The notes under the pieces were generated by a model that was not told the DNA's origin, made no database searches, and was given only the letters and a program-made list of their open reading frames with translations. Below, one piece after another: positions 1 to 12,930 of a stretch of DNA of 64,000 nucleotides. A program made the translations under genes and the position numbers. This DNA is from Macrostomum hystrix (lineage: Eukaryota > Animalia > Platyhelminthes). Location: NCBI GenBank assembly GCA_950097015.1, contig CATNEN010000003.1, forward strand, positions 8,246,001 to 8,310,000, written 5' to 3'. The number at the start of each line of letters is the position of its first letter. Position 1 is the first letter of the stretch.

Positions 1-350
1 GAGAGATGAGACATTAGAGAGATGAGACAGTAGAGAGATGAGACAGTGGAGAGATGAGACAGTAGAGAGATGAGACAGTAGAGAGATGAGACAGTGGAGA
101 GATGAGACATTAGAGAGATGAGACAGTAGAGAGATGAGACAGTAGAGAGATGAGACAGTAGAGAGATGAGACAGTAGAGAGATGAGACAGTAGAGAGATG
201 AGACAGTAGAGAGATGAGACAGTAGAGAGATGAGACAGTAGAGAGATGAGACAGTAGAGAGATGAGACAGTAGAGAGATGAGACAGTAGAGAGATGAGAC
301 AGTAGAGAGATGAGACAGTAGAGAGATGAGATAGTAGAGAAATAAGAAAG
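1..350. repeat. 16-bp minisatellite (GAGAGATGAGACAGTA)n, truncated by the window edge
   Basis: Direct tandem periodicity of 16 bp. Confidence 0.97.
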
Positions 351-1412
351 TGGAGAGATTATGCTATATATATACTCGTAAAAGTTTTCAATAAACCGAA
401 TGAATGAACTTCTCAAGCAAAATCTAAAAAAGAGATTTGATGATGAGGGTGAGAACATTTTCGAATCGAACTCAGACCCTCTTCTATCCCCCAATAATCC
501 GACGACTAAGCTCCCATATTTCTAATCCTAGGCTTGCAATAACGCGCCGCAATGGTCGAGAATAGTATGAGCGGCGACTGGGGGGCAAGCAGAAGATTTA
601 GCTTCATCCATCAAAGCTCCGCTCATGGCTTTATTTCCAAAAACGCGCGCGAGAATACCAAGTCGCGGAGGTGGCAGATGAGGCTGAAGGGGGGGCGGTA
701 CGCGGCCCAAATGGCTTTCGAACGATACCTAGGAGTAAAAATTCGTCACTAGTGCAGGATACGAGGGATTCGGATTCGGTGCGAGAGCGAGAGAGAGAGA
801 GAGAGTGTGGAAAAAAGTCTAGGCGCGAAAAATAATCATAAATCCCTAGCATCCGATGCTGGACTCACAAGCTGACCATTGTATATTTGCTACATTGAGA
901 CGATTTTGAAATCCGATTCCTCCAAGGTCGCCAGTTCCGTCCGAGCTTTTTGCTTGCAATCTGCCTTTTCATCTACATATCTGTGGCATATTTGTAGCAT
1001 GCTAACTCTTTGCGTCTTGATTTCTATACCCGATTAGCCAATTTTCTCTAGATTATAGCAATATTCCTAGGGCCCATCAACTGACCAGATCGACCATATC
1101 GAGTCGATTGTTTCGCTACTTTTGTTCCTTCGATTCTATCGAATTTCATTTATAGTTTTAACTTAAGATCATTGGCCGATGTATTTTCTTTGCTGAATTT
1201 GAAATATAATTCTGGATTATTTTTAAATGACCACGCCCTTGGATACGTAGTGATTTAAAATCATTTTTCACTTTTGTACTGGCATCCACTTCGAAACCTG
1301 ATAATTCAAGCATTAGCTCTGATTGCATTAGGAAATATAACGAAATCTAGACATTCTAGACAAAACTAGACAGAAATCAAGGATGTCTTTGTTCTTAAAG
1401 ACTGTGCACTCG

Positions 1413-3220
1413 TAGCTCTGATGCAATGGTTGTCACATCCTCACAACAGCAGCTCTGATGCAATGGTTGTCACATCAACACAACAGCAGCTCTGATGCAA
1501 TGGTTGTCACATCCTCACAACAGCAGCTCTGATGCAATGGTTGTCACATCCTCACAACAGCAGCTCTGATGCAATGGTTGTCACATCCTCACAACAGCAG
1601 CTCTGATGCAATGGTTTTCACATCCTCACAACAGCAGCTCTGATGCAATGGTTGTCACATCCTCACAACAGCAGCTCTGATGCAATGGTTGTCACATCCT
1701 CACAACAGCAGCTCTGATGCAATGGTTGTCACATCCTCACAACAGCAGCTCTGATGCAATGGTTGTCACATCCTCACAACAGCAGCTCTGATGCAATTGT
1801 TGTCACATCCTCACAACAGCAGCTCTGATGCAATGGTTTTCACATCCTCACAACAGCAGCTCTGATGCAATGGTTGTCACATCCTCACAACAGCAGCTCT
1901 GATGCAATTGTTGTCACATCCTCACAACAGCAGCTCTGATGCAATGGTTTTCACATCCTCACAACAGCAGCTCTGATGCAATGGTTGTCACATCCTCACA
2001 ACAGCAGCTCTGATGCAATGGTTGTCACATCAACACAACAGCAGCTCTGATGCAATGGTTGTCACATCCTCACAACAGCAGCTCTGATGCAATGGTTGTC
2101 ACATCCTCACAACAGCAGCTCTGATGCAATGGTTTTCACATCCTCACAACAGCAGCTCTGATGCAATGGTTGTCACATCCTCACAACAGCAGCTCTGATG
2201 CAATGGTTTTCACATCCTCACAACAGCAGCTCTGATGCAATGGTTGTCACATCCTCACAACAGCAGCTCTGATGCAATGGTTGTCACATCAACACAACAG
2301 CAGCTCTGATGCAATGGTTGTCACATCCTCACAACAGCAGCTCTGATGCAATGGTTGTCACATCGTCAACAGCAGCTCTGATGCAATGGTTGTCACATCC
2401 TCACAACAGCAGCTCTGATGCAATGGTCGTCACATCGTCAACAGCAGCTCTGATGCAATGGTTGTCACATCAACACAACAGCAGCTCTGATGCAATGGTT
2501 GTCACACCAACACAACAGCAGCTCTGATGCAATGGTTGTCACATCAACACAACAGCAGCTCTGATGCAATGGTTGTCACATCAACACAACAGCAGCTCTG
2601 ATGCAATGGTTGTCACATCAACACAACAGCAGCTCTGATGCAATGGTTGTCACACCAACACAACAGCAGCTCTGATGCAATGGTTGTCACATCAACACAA
2701 CAGCAGCTCTGATGCAATGGTTGTCACATCAACACAACAGCAGCTCTGATGCAATGGTTGTCACACCAACACAACAGCAGCTCTGATGCAATGGTTGTCA
2801 CATCAACACAACAGCAGCTCTGATGCAATGGTTGTCACATCAACACAACAGCGGCTCTGATGCAATGGTTGTCACATCCTCACAACAGCAGCTCTGATGC
2901 AATGGTTGTCACATCAACACAACAGCAGCTCTGATGCAATGGTTGTCACACCAACACAACAGCAGCTCTGATGCAATGGTTGTCACATCAACACAACAGC
3001 AGCTCTGATGCAATGGTTGTCACATCAACACAACAGCAGCTCTGATGCAATGGTTGTCACATCAACACAACAGCAGCTCTGATGCAATGGTTGTCACATC
3101 AACACAACAGCAGCTCTGATGCAATGGTTGTCACATCCTCACAACAGCAGCTCTGATGCAATGGTTGTCACATCCTCACAACAGCAGCTCTGATGCGATG
3201 CAATAGTTGTCACATCGTGA
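1413..3220. repeat. 37-bp minisatellite (CAGCAGCTCTGATGCAATGGTTGTCACATCCTCACAA)n
   Basis: Units start at 1521, 1558, etc. The CCTCAC variant dominates the left part and the CAACAC variant the right part. Confidence 0.97.
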
Positions 3221-3709
3221 ACAACTATTTCGTCTTTCTAGCAATAAAACATCACCCATGATAATTTGTACTCTTAAGTATCCCGATTCGTAAGTTTATA
3301 TAGTATGAAGCTGCGTTGAGATAGTATTCTGAGTCCCAATTCCAATTTCTATGAAATGACAATTGAGTGCTGATTGAGCAAAGCGATCGAACTATTTCTG
3401 CTGCTTACTTTTTGCAACTGCTACTAGCTTTTAGAATTGCAGGCCTTTTAAAAAAAGCTTCACATGGTGCTTTTCAGATTGATCTGCAAGAAATATACTA
3501 ATTGTTTATTCTACCCGACTATATTCTATTCGATACGGGACACTTCTTCTGACTGAGATTCGAACTCCAGACATCTCGCTTATGAGTGTGAAGATCCCAC
3601 TAGGTTTGAGTTTGCCCCAACATTTTGACGACAAAAATTCTCAAAGAGTCACGTGATCATGAGAATCGCAAACAATTTCTCACCAATAAAACTATTCGAG
3701 AGATGCGGC

Positions 3710-3888
3710 CTAGGTGCAGAAGTACGGATTGCTACAGTACACATTGTCACCAGTTTTAAACTCGTCCAAGGATCCGTTGTTTGCGCCGGCGTCGTCCAAA
3801 GTCAGCGGCTGCCGCACCAGAGCTGCAGATGGCAGGGTTGAAGAGCCGGCGGCGGCAGCGGCAGCAGCAGCGGCGGAATGCTTTTGAC
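3710..3888 (-). CDS. Probable terminal coding exon of the protocadherin (cytoplasmic tail RQKHS-A9-GSSTLP...DNVYCSNPYFCT*)
   Basis: Acceptor CTTTTTGGACAG|G at 3889/3888. Its phase 1 matches the donor at 12931/12930. Open to TAG at 3712-3710, GC-rich. Intervening exons are not excluded. Confidence 0.65.
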
Positions 3889-3926
3889 CTGTCCAAAAAG
3901 GTAAAAGTGGTTTGTTCGTTTGTTTA

Positions 3927-4250
3927 GGGGTCAGGGGTTAGCGCGTTGGCCTCTCGCACCAAGTTCCCGGAGCTCGATTCCGCGGCGAGGCCACATTCAT
4001 TTGGGTTGGGGCACAGCCGCGGAAGAGAAGGCTTGAGGGCTTGGTGGCAAACAGTGAAAGTGTACACTGCCCGACCATGAGAATGTCCCAGCTGATGTAC
4101 ACACCTGTCTGAGTGTGTGCCTGCGTCAGTATCTGTGTGCGTGTGTGCTCAGGAGTCAGCGAAATGGGCAGAGTTGCCTCCTGATTGGCTGCGGGTCTAG
4201 TGTCACTAAAGCGAATGACGTGCCATTGCCCGCAGCCCTCCTATACAAAT
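3927..4250 (+). mobile_element. tRNA-derived SINE family A, copy 1 (internal deletion)
   Basis: tRNA-like head (GGTTAGCGCGTTGGCCTCTCGCACC...CTCGATTCC B-box-like). Body matches the copies at 5126, 12465, 33214, 58820 and 62572. Confidence 0.85.
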
Positions 4251-5125
4251 AATTTTGTTCAAATTATCGTTTGTTACTTTCACAATCACTTTTTGCAATA
4301 GAGCAATAAACAGACTATTGTGTGCCATTTCACAAAATAGTCCACACCATTCATTCTCTGAATTTCAAAATCATCATTTCTAAGTTTGTGGATTTACTGC
4401 AACGGTGGCCAAGCGGTCATTTCCTTAGTTAAATACTTGTTTATTAGTAGCGCTGTCTAGGCGATCGCATGGGCGTGTTGAACAGCTAGATCCACTCAAA
4501 TCCGAGTTCATCTGAGGCTGATGGCAAACACTTCACCCGTGACCAAGCTTCATCAATGCCACTTAAGCCGGAGCTCACACTCGTCATGCTTTGCTCAAAA
4601 TTGATTTCCCCCGTGATAGTTATATGAAGATAGTGATAGTGCAGTGTGGCATCGACTCGTTGACATCAAACTGTTGTAGATTCTGCGTTCCGTTATGAGA
4701 AATATGGGCCTATTCCATTGCCGAAATGGAACAGGAAGAGTGGAACGTCCGTGTCCACATCCTCGTCCCTACCGCGGTCTGTCCGCGGATCTGGGGCAAA
4801 TGGAACGATTCGCGCGAGAGGCTGTGGCGAAATGGAGGAAAGCGAATGGACTGCAGTTTCTGGGAAGCAGTTGTTCTCGTGAACAGATGCGAGCATGCTA
4901 TCGGCAACTTTGTTTGACGAGTCCCTGTCGATTGACAACTTGTCGTCTAGCGGAGCTTCCATCCCATGTCCTCCATTTTTCGTCCGAAATTTGATCGATA
5001 TTTTTGAGCACCCGATCATTCAAACGTATTTTGGAATCTCGACACTGATGCTTCAGTACATTCAAGGCTATTAGTTTCTGTTAACTATTATTAATTAAAG
5101 TTACTTATATTACCCCTATTTTTTT

Positions 5126-5447
5126 CAGGAGGGCTGCTGGCAACGGCACACCATTCGGTAACACTAGACCTGCAGCCAGCAAGGAGGCAATTCTGCCCAT
5201 TTTGCTGACTCCTGAGCACACACGCACACAAATACTGTACTCAGGCACAAGCTCACACAGGTGTGTACATCTGACTTGAGTTTATCATCGTCAGGCAGTG
5301 TACACTCTCACTGTGCCCTGGAGGTTGGCCCTCAAAGGCGTAAATTGCACGACAAGCCCCCAAGCCTTCTCTACGCGACTGCGTCCCAAATGAATGTGGC
5401 CTCACTGCGGAATCGAGCTCAGGGACCTTGGTGCGAGAGGCAAACCA
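5126..5447 (-). mobile_element. SINE family A, copy 2
   Basis: Colinear similarity to the other copies (ACTCCTGAGCACACACGCACA, GGCGTAAATTGCACGACAAGCCCCCAAGCC). Confidence 0.9.
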
Positions 5448-5924
5448 CTCTACAAGCCTCTTAAGTTAGTTCTGATGCTTCAGTGCAATCAGGACTGTTA
5501 GTTCACGTATCAAAGTACACCAGTTGTCAAAAGTCCAGTGCGTCTACCTTTGTTTATAATTTGGGTAGAAAATGTTTCCCTGTTTTCCAACCTATGACAT
5601 AAACAATAGAAGGGAATTTCTATTCTATAGGGAAACAATCTTGTCTGAAAATACAAAAAACAGACAGGAATTTATTATGCCAGTCAGCTGTTGATTGCAT
5701 CGTGTGTTGTTCAATAAGGATTATAAATTAAAATAAAATCCTTTTCTAAAAGGTTTCGGGGTAAGAGCACTTGAAATGATACGTATTTTCGATACATATA
5801 TTATCGTCTAGCTTAGAGCCATTTTAGACTAAAGTGCATAGGACAATTGATTTATATTATATAATATCATGACACTCACACTCACTCACCACTCACTCAC
5901 AAACTCACTCACTCACTCGCACTA

Positions 5925-8250
5925 TTCAGACACAGATGGACAGACATTTCAGTCAGATGGACAGCCATTTCAGTCAGATACAGATGGACAGACATTTCAG
6001 TCAGATGGACAGACATTTCAGTCAGACACAGATGGACAGACATTTCAGTCAGATGGATAGACATTTCAGTCAGATGGACAGACATTTCAGCCAGACACAG
6101 ATGGACAAACATTTCAGCCAGACATAGAAGATGGACAGACATTTCAGCCAGACACAGATGGACAGACATTTCAGTCAGATGGACAGACATTTCAGTCAGA
6201 TGGACAGACATTTCAGCCAGACACAGATGGACAGACATTTCAGCCAGACACAGATGGACAGACATTTCAGTCAGACACAGATGGACAGACATTTCAGTCA
6301 GATGGACAGACATTTCAGCCAGACACAGATGGACAGACATTTCAGTCAGATGGACAGACATTTCAGCCAGACACAGATGGACAGACATTTCAGTCAGATG
6401 GACAGACATTTCAGTCAGATGGACAGACATTTCAGCCAGACACAGATGGACAGACATTTCAGCCAGACACAGATGGACAGACATTTCAGCCAGACATAGA
6501 TGGACAGACATTTCAGTCAGATGGACAGACATTTCAGCCAGACACAGATGGACAGACATTTCAGCCAGATGGACAGACATTTCAGCCAGACACAGATGGA
6601 CAGACATTTCAGTCAGACACAGATGGACAGACATTTCAGTCAGATGGACAGACATTTCAGTCAGATGGACAGACATTTCAGCCAGACACAGATGGACAGA
6701 CATTTCAGCCAGACACAGATGGACAGACATTTCAGCCAGACATAGATGGACAGACATTTCAGTCAGATGGACAGACATTTCAGCCAGACACAGATGGACA
6801 GACATTTCAGCCAGACACAGATGGACAGACATTTCAGCCAGACACAGATGGACAGACATTTCAGCCAGACACAGATGGACAGACATTTCAGTCAGATGGA
6901 CAGACATTTCAGCCAGACACAGATGGACAGACATTTCAGCCAGACACAGATGGACAGACATTTCAGTCAGATGGACAGACATTTCAGCCAGACACAGATG
7001 GACAGACATTTCAGTCAGATGGACAGACATTTCAGTCAGATGGACAGACATTTCAGCCAGACACAGATGGACAGACATTTCAGTCAGACACAGATGGACA
7101 GACATTTCAGTCAGATGGACAGACATTTCAGCCAGACACAGATGGACAGACATTTCAGTCAGACACAGATGGACAGACATTTCAGTCAGATGGACAGACA
7201 TTTCAGTCAGATGGACAGACATTTCAGCCAGACACAGATGGACAGACATTTCAGCCAGACACAGATGGACAGACATTTCAGCCAGACACAGATGGACAGA
7301 CATTTCAGCCAGACACAGATGGACAGACATTTCAGTCAGATGGACAGACATTTCAGCCAGACACAGATGGACAGACATTTCAGCCAGACACAGATGGACA
7401 GACATTTCAGCCAGACACAGATGGACAGACATTTCAGTCAGATGGACAGACATTTCAGTCAGATGGACAGACATTTCAGCCAGACACAGATGGACAGACA
7501 TTTCAGTCAGACACAGATGGACAGACATTTCAGCCAGACACAGATGGACAGACATTTCAGCCAGACACAGATGGACAGACATTTCAGCCAGATGGACAGA
7601 CATTTCAGTCAGAAACAGATGGACAGACATTTCAGTCAGATGGACAGACATTTCAGTCAGAAACAGATGGACAGACATTTCAGTCAGATGGACAGACATT
7701 TCAGTCAGACACAGATTGACAGACATTTGAGTCAGATGGACAGACATTTCAGTCAGACACAGATGGACAGACATTTCAATCAGACACAGATGGACAGACA
7801 TTTCAGTCAGATGGATAGACATTTCAGTCAGATGGATAGACATTTCAGTCAGATGGACAGACATTTCAGTCAGATGGACAGACATTTCAGTCAGACACAG
7901 ATGGACAGACATTTCAATCAGACACAGATGGACAGACATTTCAGTCAGATGGATAGACATTTCAGTCAGATGGATAGACATTTCAGTCAGATGGACAGAC
8001 ATTTCAGTCAGATGGACAGACATTTCAGTCAGACACAGATGGACAGACATTTCAATCAGACACAGATGGACAGACATTTCAGTCAGATGGACAGACATTT
8101 CAGTCAGATGGATAGACATTTCAGTCAGATGGACAGACATTTCAGTCAGATGGACAGACATTTCAGTCAGATGGATAGACATTTCAGTCAGATGGACAGA
8201 CATTTCAGTCAGATGGACAGACATTTCAGTCAGACACAGATGGACAGACA
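5925..8250 (+). repeat. Mixed 18/24-bp minisatellite (CAGATGGACAGACATTTCAG[T/C] with or without CAGACA)
   Basis: Direct periodicity. Preceded by (CACT)n at about 5872-5920. Confidence 0.97.
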
Positions 8251-9189
8251 CTCACTCACACATTAAACAAGACTGGAATTCAGCATTGATTAGCATCAGT
8301 CTTCAATTATAAATCAGATATCAGAAATCAGAAATCACTGTACAGATGTATTAAACAAGCCAGTCAGTTCCTAGTACAGCTTCATCTGTTTTGACTAAGT
8401 CCGAATGCAATAAATTCCTAATCTTTAGTTGCCATCGTTTGGTCCGTAGGAAGGAATTAGTTAAACAATCGTCACCTTTCTTTGCATTTTTTTCTTCCGT
8501 GTCTGTACTGTGGGCGTCTTTGACTTCAGATCAGAACAATCAGAACCAACTGCCAAATATTGTAGATCTGTGCAACTTTGTGTTGGAAAAGATCACAAGG
8601 TTTCTTATATTCCAGTTCAGCTTCATGCCACCAAGCCTACAGTGTTGTTTGCGTATTAGACAAGGAAAATTGTGTGTATGATGGCGTTTGCTAAATTCAA
8701 GCTGAAAACGTTGGACGCATAAAAAACAAACCGCCTGGTACAGTGAAGTTTGCCGATTTGAAATTGCGAAATTACCATTGGAAACAGTCGAATAGGCAGA
8801 ATACTCGTTTGCCCATTTCTGTAAGTCCAGCAAAGTACAAAACATTCTGCTATATACATACTATCTCTATACATCGCCTAATATCGCAAACCAAGTTTTT
8901 CTTTGATCCTCACACGGTGACTACTTAGGTGTTGACACACTAGTCTTAGTGAAGCCACCGATCGTTTGATGGGTATAAAATTTGTGTACTTAAACCCTTG
9001 GCTTGTAGTCTAGTAGGTGTACGATATTTTTTAGAGCTGAAATCTAGATAAAGATTGATATAGCTAGTCAAGGGAACATTTACTGTCATCGACTGCACAA
9101 ATGAATCTTGATGAGGCGCAGATAGGAAATGTTCACTATAGCGGAATATTTTCTGTCATACTTTCAGAATATAATCACGAGGACACAAT

Positions 9190-10500
9190 GCCATGTGACT
9201 GAAATAACTGTCCATCTGTGTCTGACTGAAATACCTATCCATCTGTGTCTGACTGAAATGTCTGTCCATCTGACTGAAATGTCTGTCCATCTGTGTCTGG
9301 CTGAAATGTCTGTCCATCTGGCTGAAATGTCTGTCCATCTGTGTCTGACTAAAATGTCTGTCCATCTGTGTCTGACTAAAATGTCTGTCCATCTGTGTCT
9401 GACTGAAATGTCTGTACATCTGTGTCTGACTGAAATGTCTGTCCATCTGTGTCTGACTGAAATGTCTGTCCATCTGTGTCTGACTGAAATGTCTGTCCAT
9501 CTGTGTCTGACTGAAATGTCTGTCCATCTGTGTCTGACTGAAATGTCTGTCCATCTGTGTCTAACTGAAATTCATCTGACTAAAGTGTCTGTCCATCTGT
9601 GTCTGATTGAAATGTCTGTCCATCTGTGTCTGACTGAAATTTCTATCCATCTGTGTCTGACTAAAATGTCTGTCCATCTGTATCTGATTGAAATGTCTGT
9701 CCATCTGTGTCTGACTGAAATGTCTGTCCATCTGTGTCTGACTAAAATGTCTGTCCATCTGTGTCTGACTGAAATGTCTGTCCATCTGTGTCTGACTGAA
9801 ATGTCTGTCCATCTGTGTCTGACTGAAATGTCTGTCCATCTGTGTCTAACTGAAATTCATCTGACTAAAATGTCTGTCCATCTGTGTCTGATTGAAATGT
9901 CTGTCCATCTGTGTCTGACTGAAATGTCTGTCCATCTGACTGAAATGTCTGTCCATCTGTGTCTGACTAAAATGTCAATCCATCTGTGTCTGACTAAAAT
10001 GTCAATCCATCTGTGTCTAACTAAAATGCCTATCCATCTGCGTCTGACTAAAATGTCTGTCCATCTGACTGAAATGTCTGTCCATCTGACTGAAATGTCT
10101 GTCCATCTGTGTCAAACTGAAATGTCTGTCCATCTGATTGAAATGTCTGTCTATCTGACTGAAATGTCTGTCCATCTATGTCTGACTGAAATGTCTGTCC
10201 ATCTGTGTCTGACTGAAATGTCTGTCCATCTGTGTCTGACTAAAATGTCTGTCCATCTGTGTCTGACTGAAATGTCTGTCCATCTGTGTCTGACTAAAAT
10301 GTCTGTCCATCTGTGTCTGACTAAAATGCCTATCCATCTGTGTCTGACTAAAATGTCTGTCCATCTGACTGAAATGTCTTTGCATCTGACTGAAATGTCT
10401 TTGCATCTGACTGAAATGTCTTTGCATCTGACTGAAATGTCTTTCCATCTGACTGAAATGTCTGTCCATCTATGTCAAACTGAAATATCTGTACAACTGT
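9190..10500 (-). repeat. Same 18/24-bp minisatellite in inverted orientation, more diverged
   Basis: Unit CTGAAATGTCTGTCCATCTG(TGTCTG)A is the reverse complement of the 5925-8250 unit. Confidence 0.97.
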
Positions 10501-12464
10501 CTGATCTATTTTGATATTGAAGTACTTAGCTGGATGGTGTTTTGTCGACCTATATTTTGTTAGTGTTGAGGTCACATTATTTCGTGAAGTATTTTGTCAA
10601 CAAATCAGTGTCACTGACCCCTTCGATATCAATCAATCAGTATTTTTGAAAATCAAAGCACAATGGAGTTTTAGTATCGCATCTATCTTTTTGGCATGCA
10701 GAGTTTTTTGTGACGATAAAGGCATTGGTTGATGTGTATGTGCGTGTGTGTTAATGTAGACACGGAAGTGCGCCATTTGGTACAGGTCAGTAGCCCGCAG
10801 TTGCGAGGTATTTTATCCCAACCGAGTCCAGTCTATATAGAAAGGTGTTGAGGCTATTAGGCTATAAAGTCCGGAAAGGTCTAAGCTGTGGTTTTTTCTG
10901 TGAATTTAGCACTCGCCAGCAGGGAGACGCACACACGCACACACACAGATAGAGCCAGCCCGTGAGTGTCGAGTGTTGAAGAGCAAACTTATTGTTAAGT
11001 GGCACCTGGTGTGTGAACTAACGGATGCTGCAACGCATTTATTTGAGAATCCAGCCATCCCCCTATAGGATGCCAGCCCCTTAATAATTGGAGCGAAAAT
11101 AGTGCAATGCATTAACTATTTTATATTGCGAATATACTCACGAATTTGAGGAGAAAAGCATCGTAGAATTTGTGGGCAGAGGGGAGAATGGGGGTCGCGG
11201 CCTTTGCTCAAAGGAATTGTTGAGCAATTTACGACCTTGAGGGCGTAATTAACGACATTAAGAAAAATCGGTGGGGCACCAGTGTGAGTGCGTGTGTGCG
11301 TAATGAAATTCCTTGTATTAAAAAACATTTTGAACTACTGATTGGCTCAATGATTGGCAGATCGACTTCGGTTGCTAATGACGCAGATTTTAGGCTGAAA
11401 TGGGTGCATTAAATGCCAGGGCTGGATTTCAGAGAGAAATGAAGGTCCTCAAGACTTTTTTTACAATTCTTTTATTGAGGCAACTACAGTAAAATTAACA
11501 TTTGATGAACACAGAGTAGTGAGTATAGCTAATCATCGAATTGATTGTGTTTCCAGTACACTTTAAAGATTCCACTACAGTCACTGGGAAATTGTTCCCC
11601 GTGTCAAAGTTAAGCCACGCAGCATTTAACTTCAACCTGAGGGGAATTTTAATAATGCATCTGAATGGGCGGAGGCAGCTGAATAAACACAAGTGGACAC
11701 AACGCAGGGAAATGTTTTGCCTTGCCTCCTCCCCCTACGAGACGGCGGAGTGGGGTGGATAACAAGTCCAGCTTCTGCTGTGCTCACTCACACATACACA
11801 CGTGCTCAAGCAGTGTTCCGGTTGGTTAAATGGCGATTGAATGCCAGAAAATTAGCATTTTATGTTGGCGAGATGAAGCACTGCATCCAGCTGCATCTGT
11901 TTTCTTAGAAATGCTCTCTAAATGATGCTCAATATCTAGAAGATAGATTAACTTTCGAGCTGTCTGTTTTCTTGCAACTGGAGCAGAATTGCATAGATGT
12001 CAGTCATTAATTTTCCACTCAAAGATCCTAGACCCTTCGAAGAGATTCTACATCTATAATGAGTTTTTACTGTCTTCTCTCATCTTTTTTTCGGTGAAAT
12101 AAAAACTGAAAGCAAACGTGCTTATCAGACCAATAATTTGTTTTTTTCTAACTTTGTTTATGATTAAATTTTGGTATAAAAAGTCGACAAAAAAATTACA
12201 ATGCTTCGTTGTGCTTGTGCGTGTGACTTTTGTTCATTTCATCATCTTTGTATGTTACCGTCTGACATTCAAGTATTTGATAGCAAATTAAAAATTCTGA
12301 CTAGTGCAGTAGTCTGCTAACAGGAATTTGCACCAAAAAAACTCACAAAAAGATTGGTCAAATATTTGTCTCTTGCGCCAAGATACCTGAGCTCAAATCC
12401 GCGGCAACGAAAATTTGAGGTATTGTGTGCCATTGTATCCGTCAACATAATGCGTCTGTGCTCA

Positions 12465-12806
12465 AGTAATAATAATAATAATAATTGCAGGAGGGCTGCG
12501 GGCAATGGTACATCATTTGGTGACGCTAGACCCGCAGCCAGCGAGGATGCAATTCTGCCCATTCTGCTGACTCCTGAGCACACACGCACACAGATACCGT
12601 ACGCAGGCACACGCTTACACTTTCTCCCCATCAGGCAGTGTACACTCTCACGGTGCCTTGGAGATTGGCCCTCAATGGCGTAAATTGCACGACAAGCCAC
12701 TAAACCTCTATCCACGGCAGCGCCCCAAATCGAGCCTCGTCGCGGAATCGAGCTCAGCGACTTGGTTTGAGAGGCAAACACATAAGACCCGCTCTGCCAC
12801 CGACCC
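12465..12806 (-). mobile_element. SINE family A, copy 3, with (ATT)n tail and 12-bp target-site duplication
   Basis: TSD CGTCTGTGCTCA at 12453-12464 and 12807-12818. Head GGGTCGGTGGCAGAGCGG. Confidence 0.92.
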
Positions 12807-12930
12807 CGTCTGTGCTCACAGCCCACTATAATCTTTCGATGATGGCGTAACCATTGTTTTGTATTTTCTGAACTGCATTTGATTTATTAGCATATCTAAT
12901 ACAGACAGGCACGTGCCAAATAAGACTTAC

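Noticed and set aside
528-852. Short ORFs in a CpG-rich stretch
   Set aside because: No homology or splice support. Possibly regulatory but not assignable.
1413-3220. CRISPR-like array (37-bp repeat)
   Set aside because: No unique spacers, no cas genes, eukaryotic context.
3545-3610. tRNA-like B-box fragment (also near 36520)
   Set aside because: No cloverleaf. At most a decayed SINE head.
8391-8928. ORFs or a mini-exon in the spacer between the inverted arrays
   Set aside because: No recognisable homology, and the candidate exon near 8776-8818 is not phase-compatible with the known donor.
5909-10514. Long ORFs (780, 506 and 461 aa) of MDRHFSQ/TEMSVHL repeats
   Set aside because: By-products of stop-free 18/24-bp units (multiples of 3). 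Open on both strands, intronic, with no unique coding flanks.
12520-12570. HDV-like ribozyme in SINE A (consensus GCCTCCTCGCTGGC equals HDV P3-L3-P3)
   Set aside because: The GG needed for P1.1 after P1' is absent, the best P1 partner lies downstream, and the motif is explained by a simple hairpin with AGTCAGCGA.
12317-12826. ORFs overlapping SINE copies (also 5261, 33213-33583, 62723)
   Set aside because: Chance frames in a non-coding SINE, not conserved between copies.
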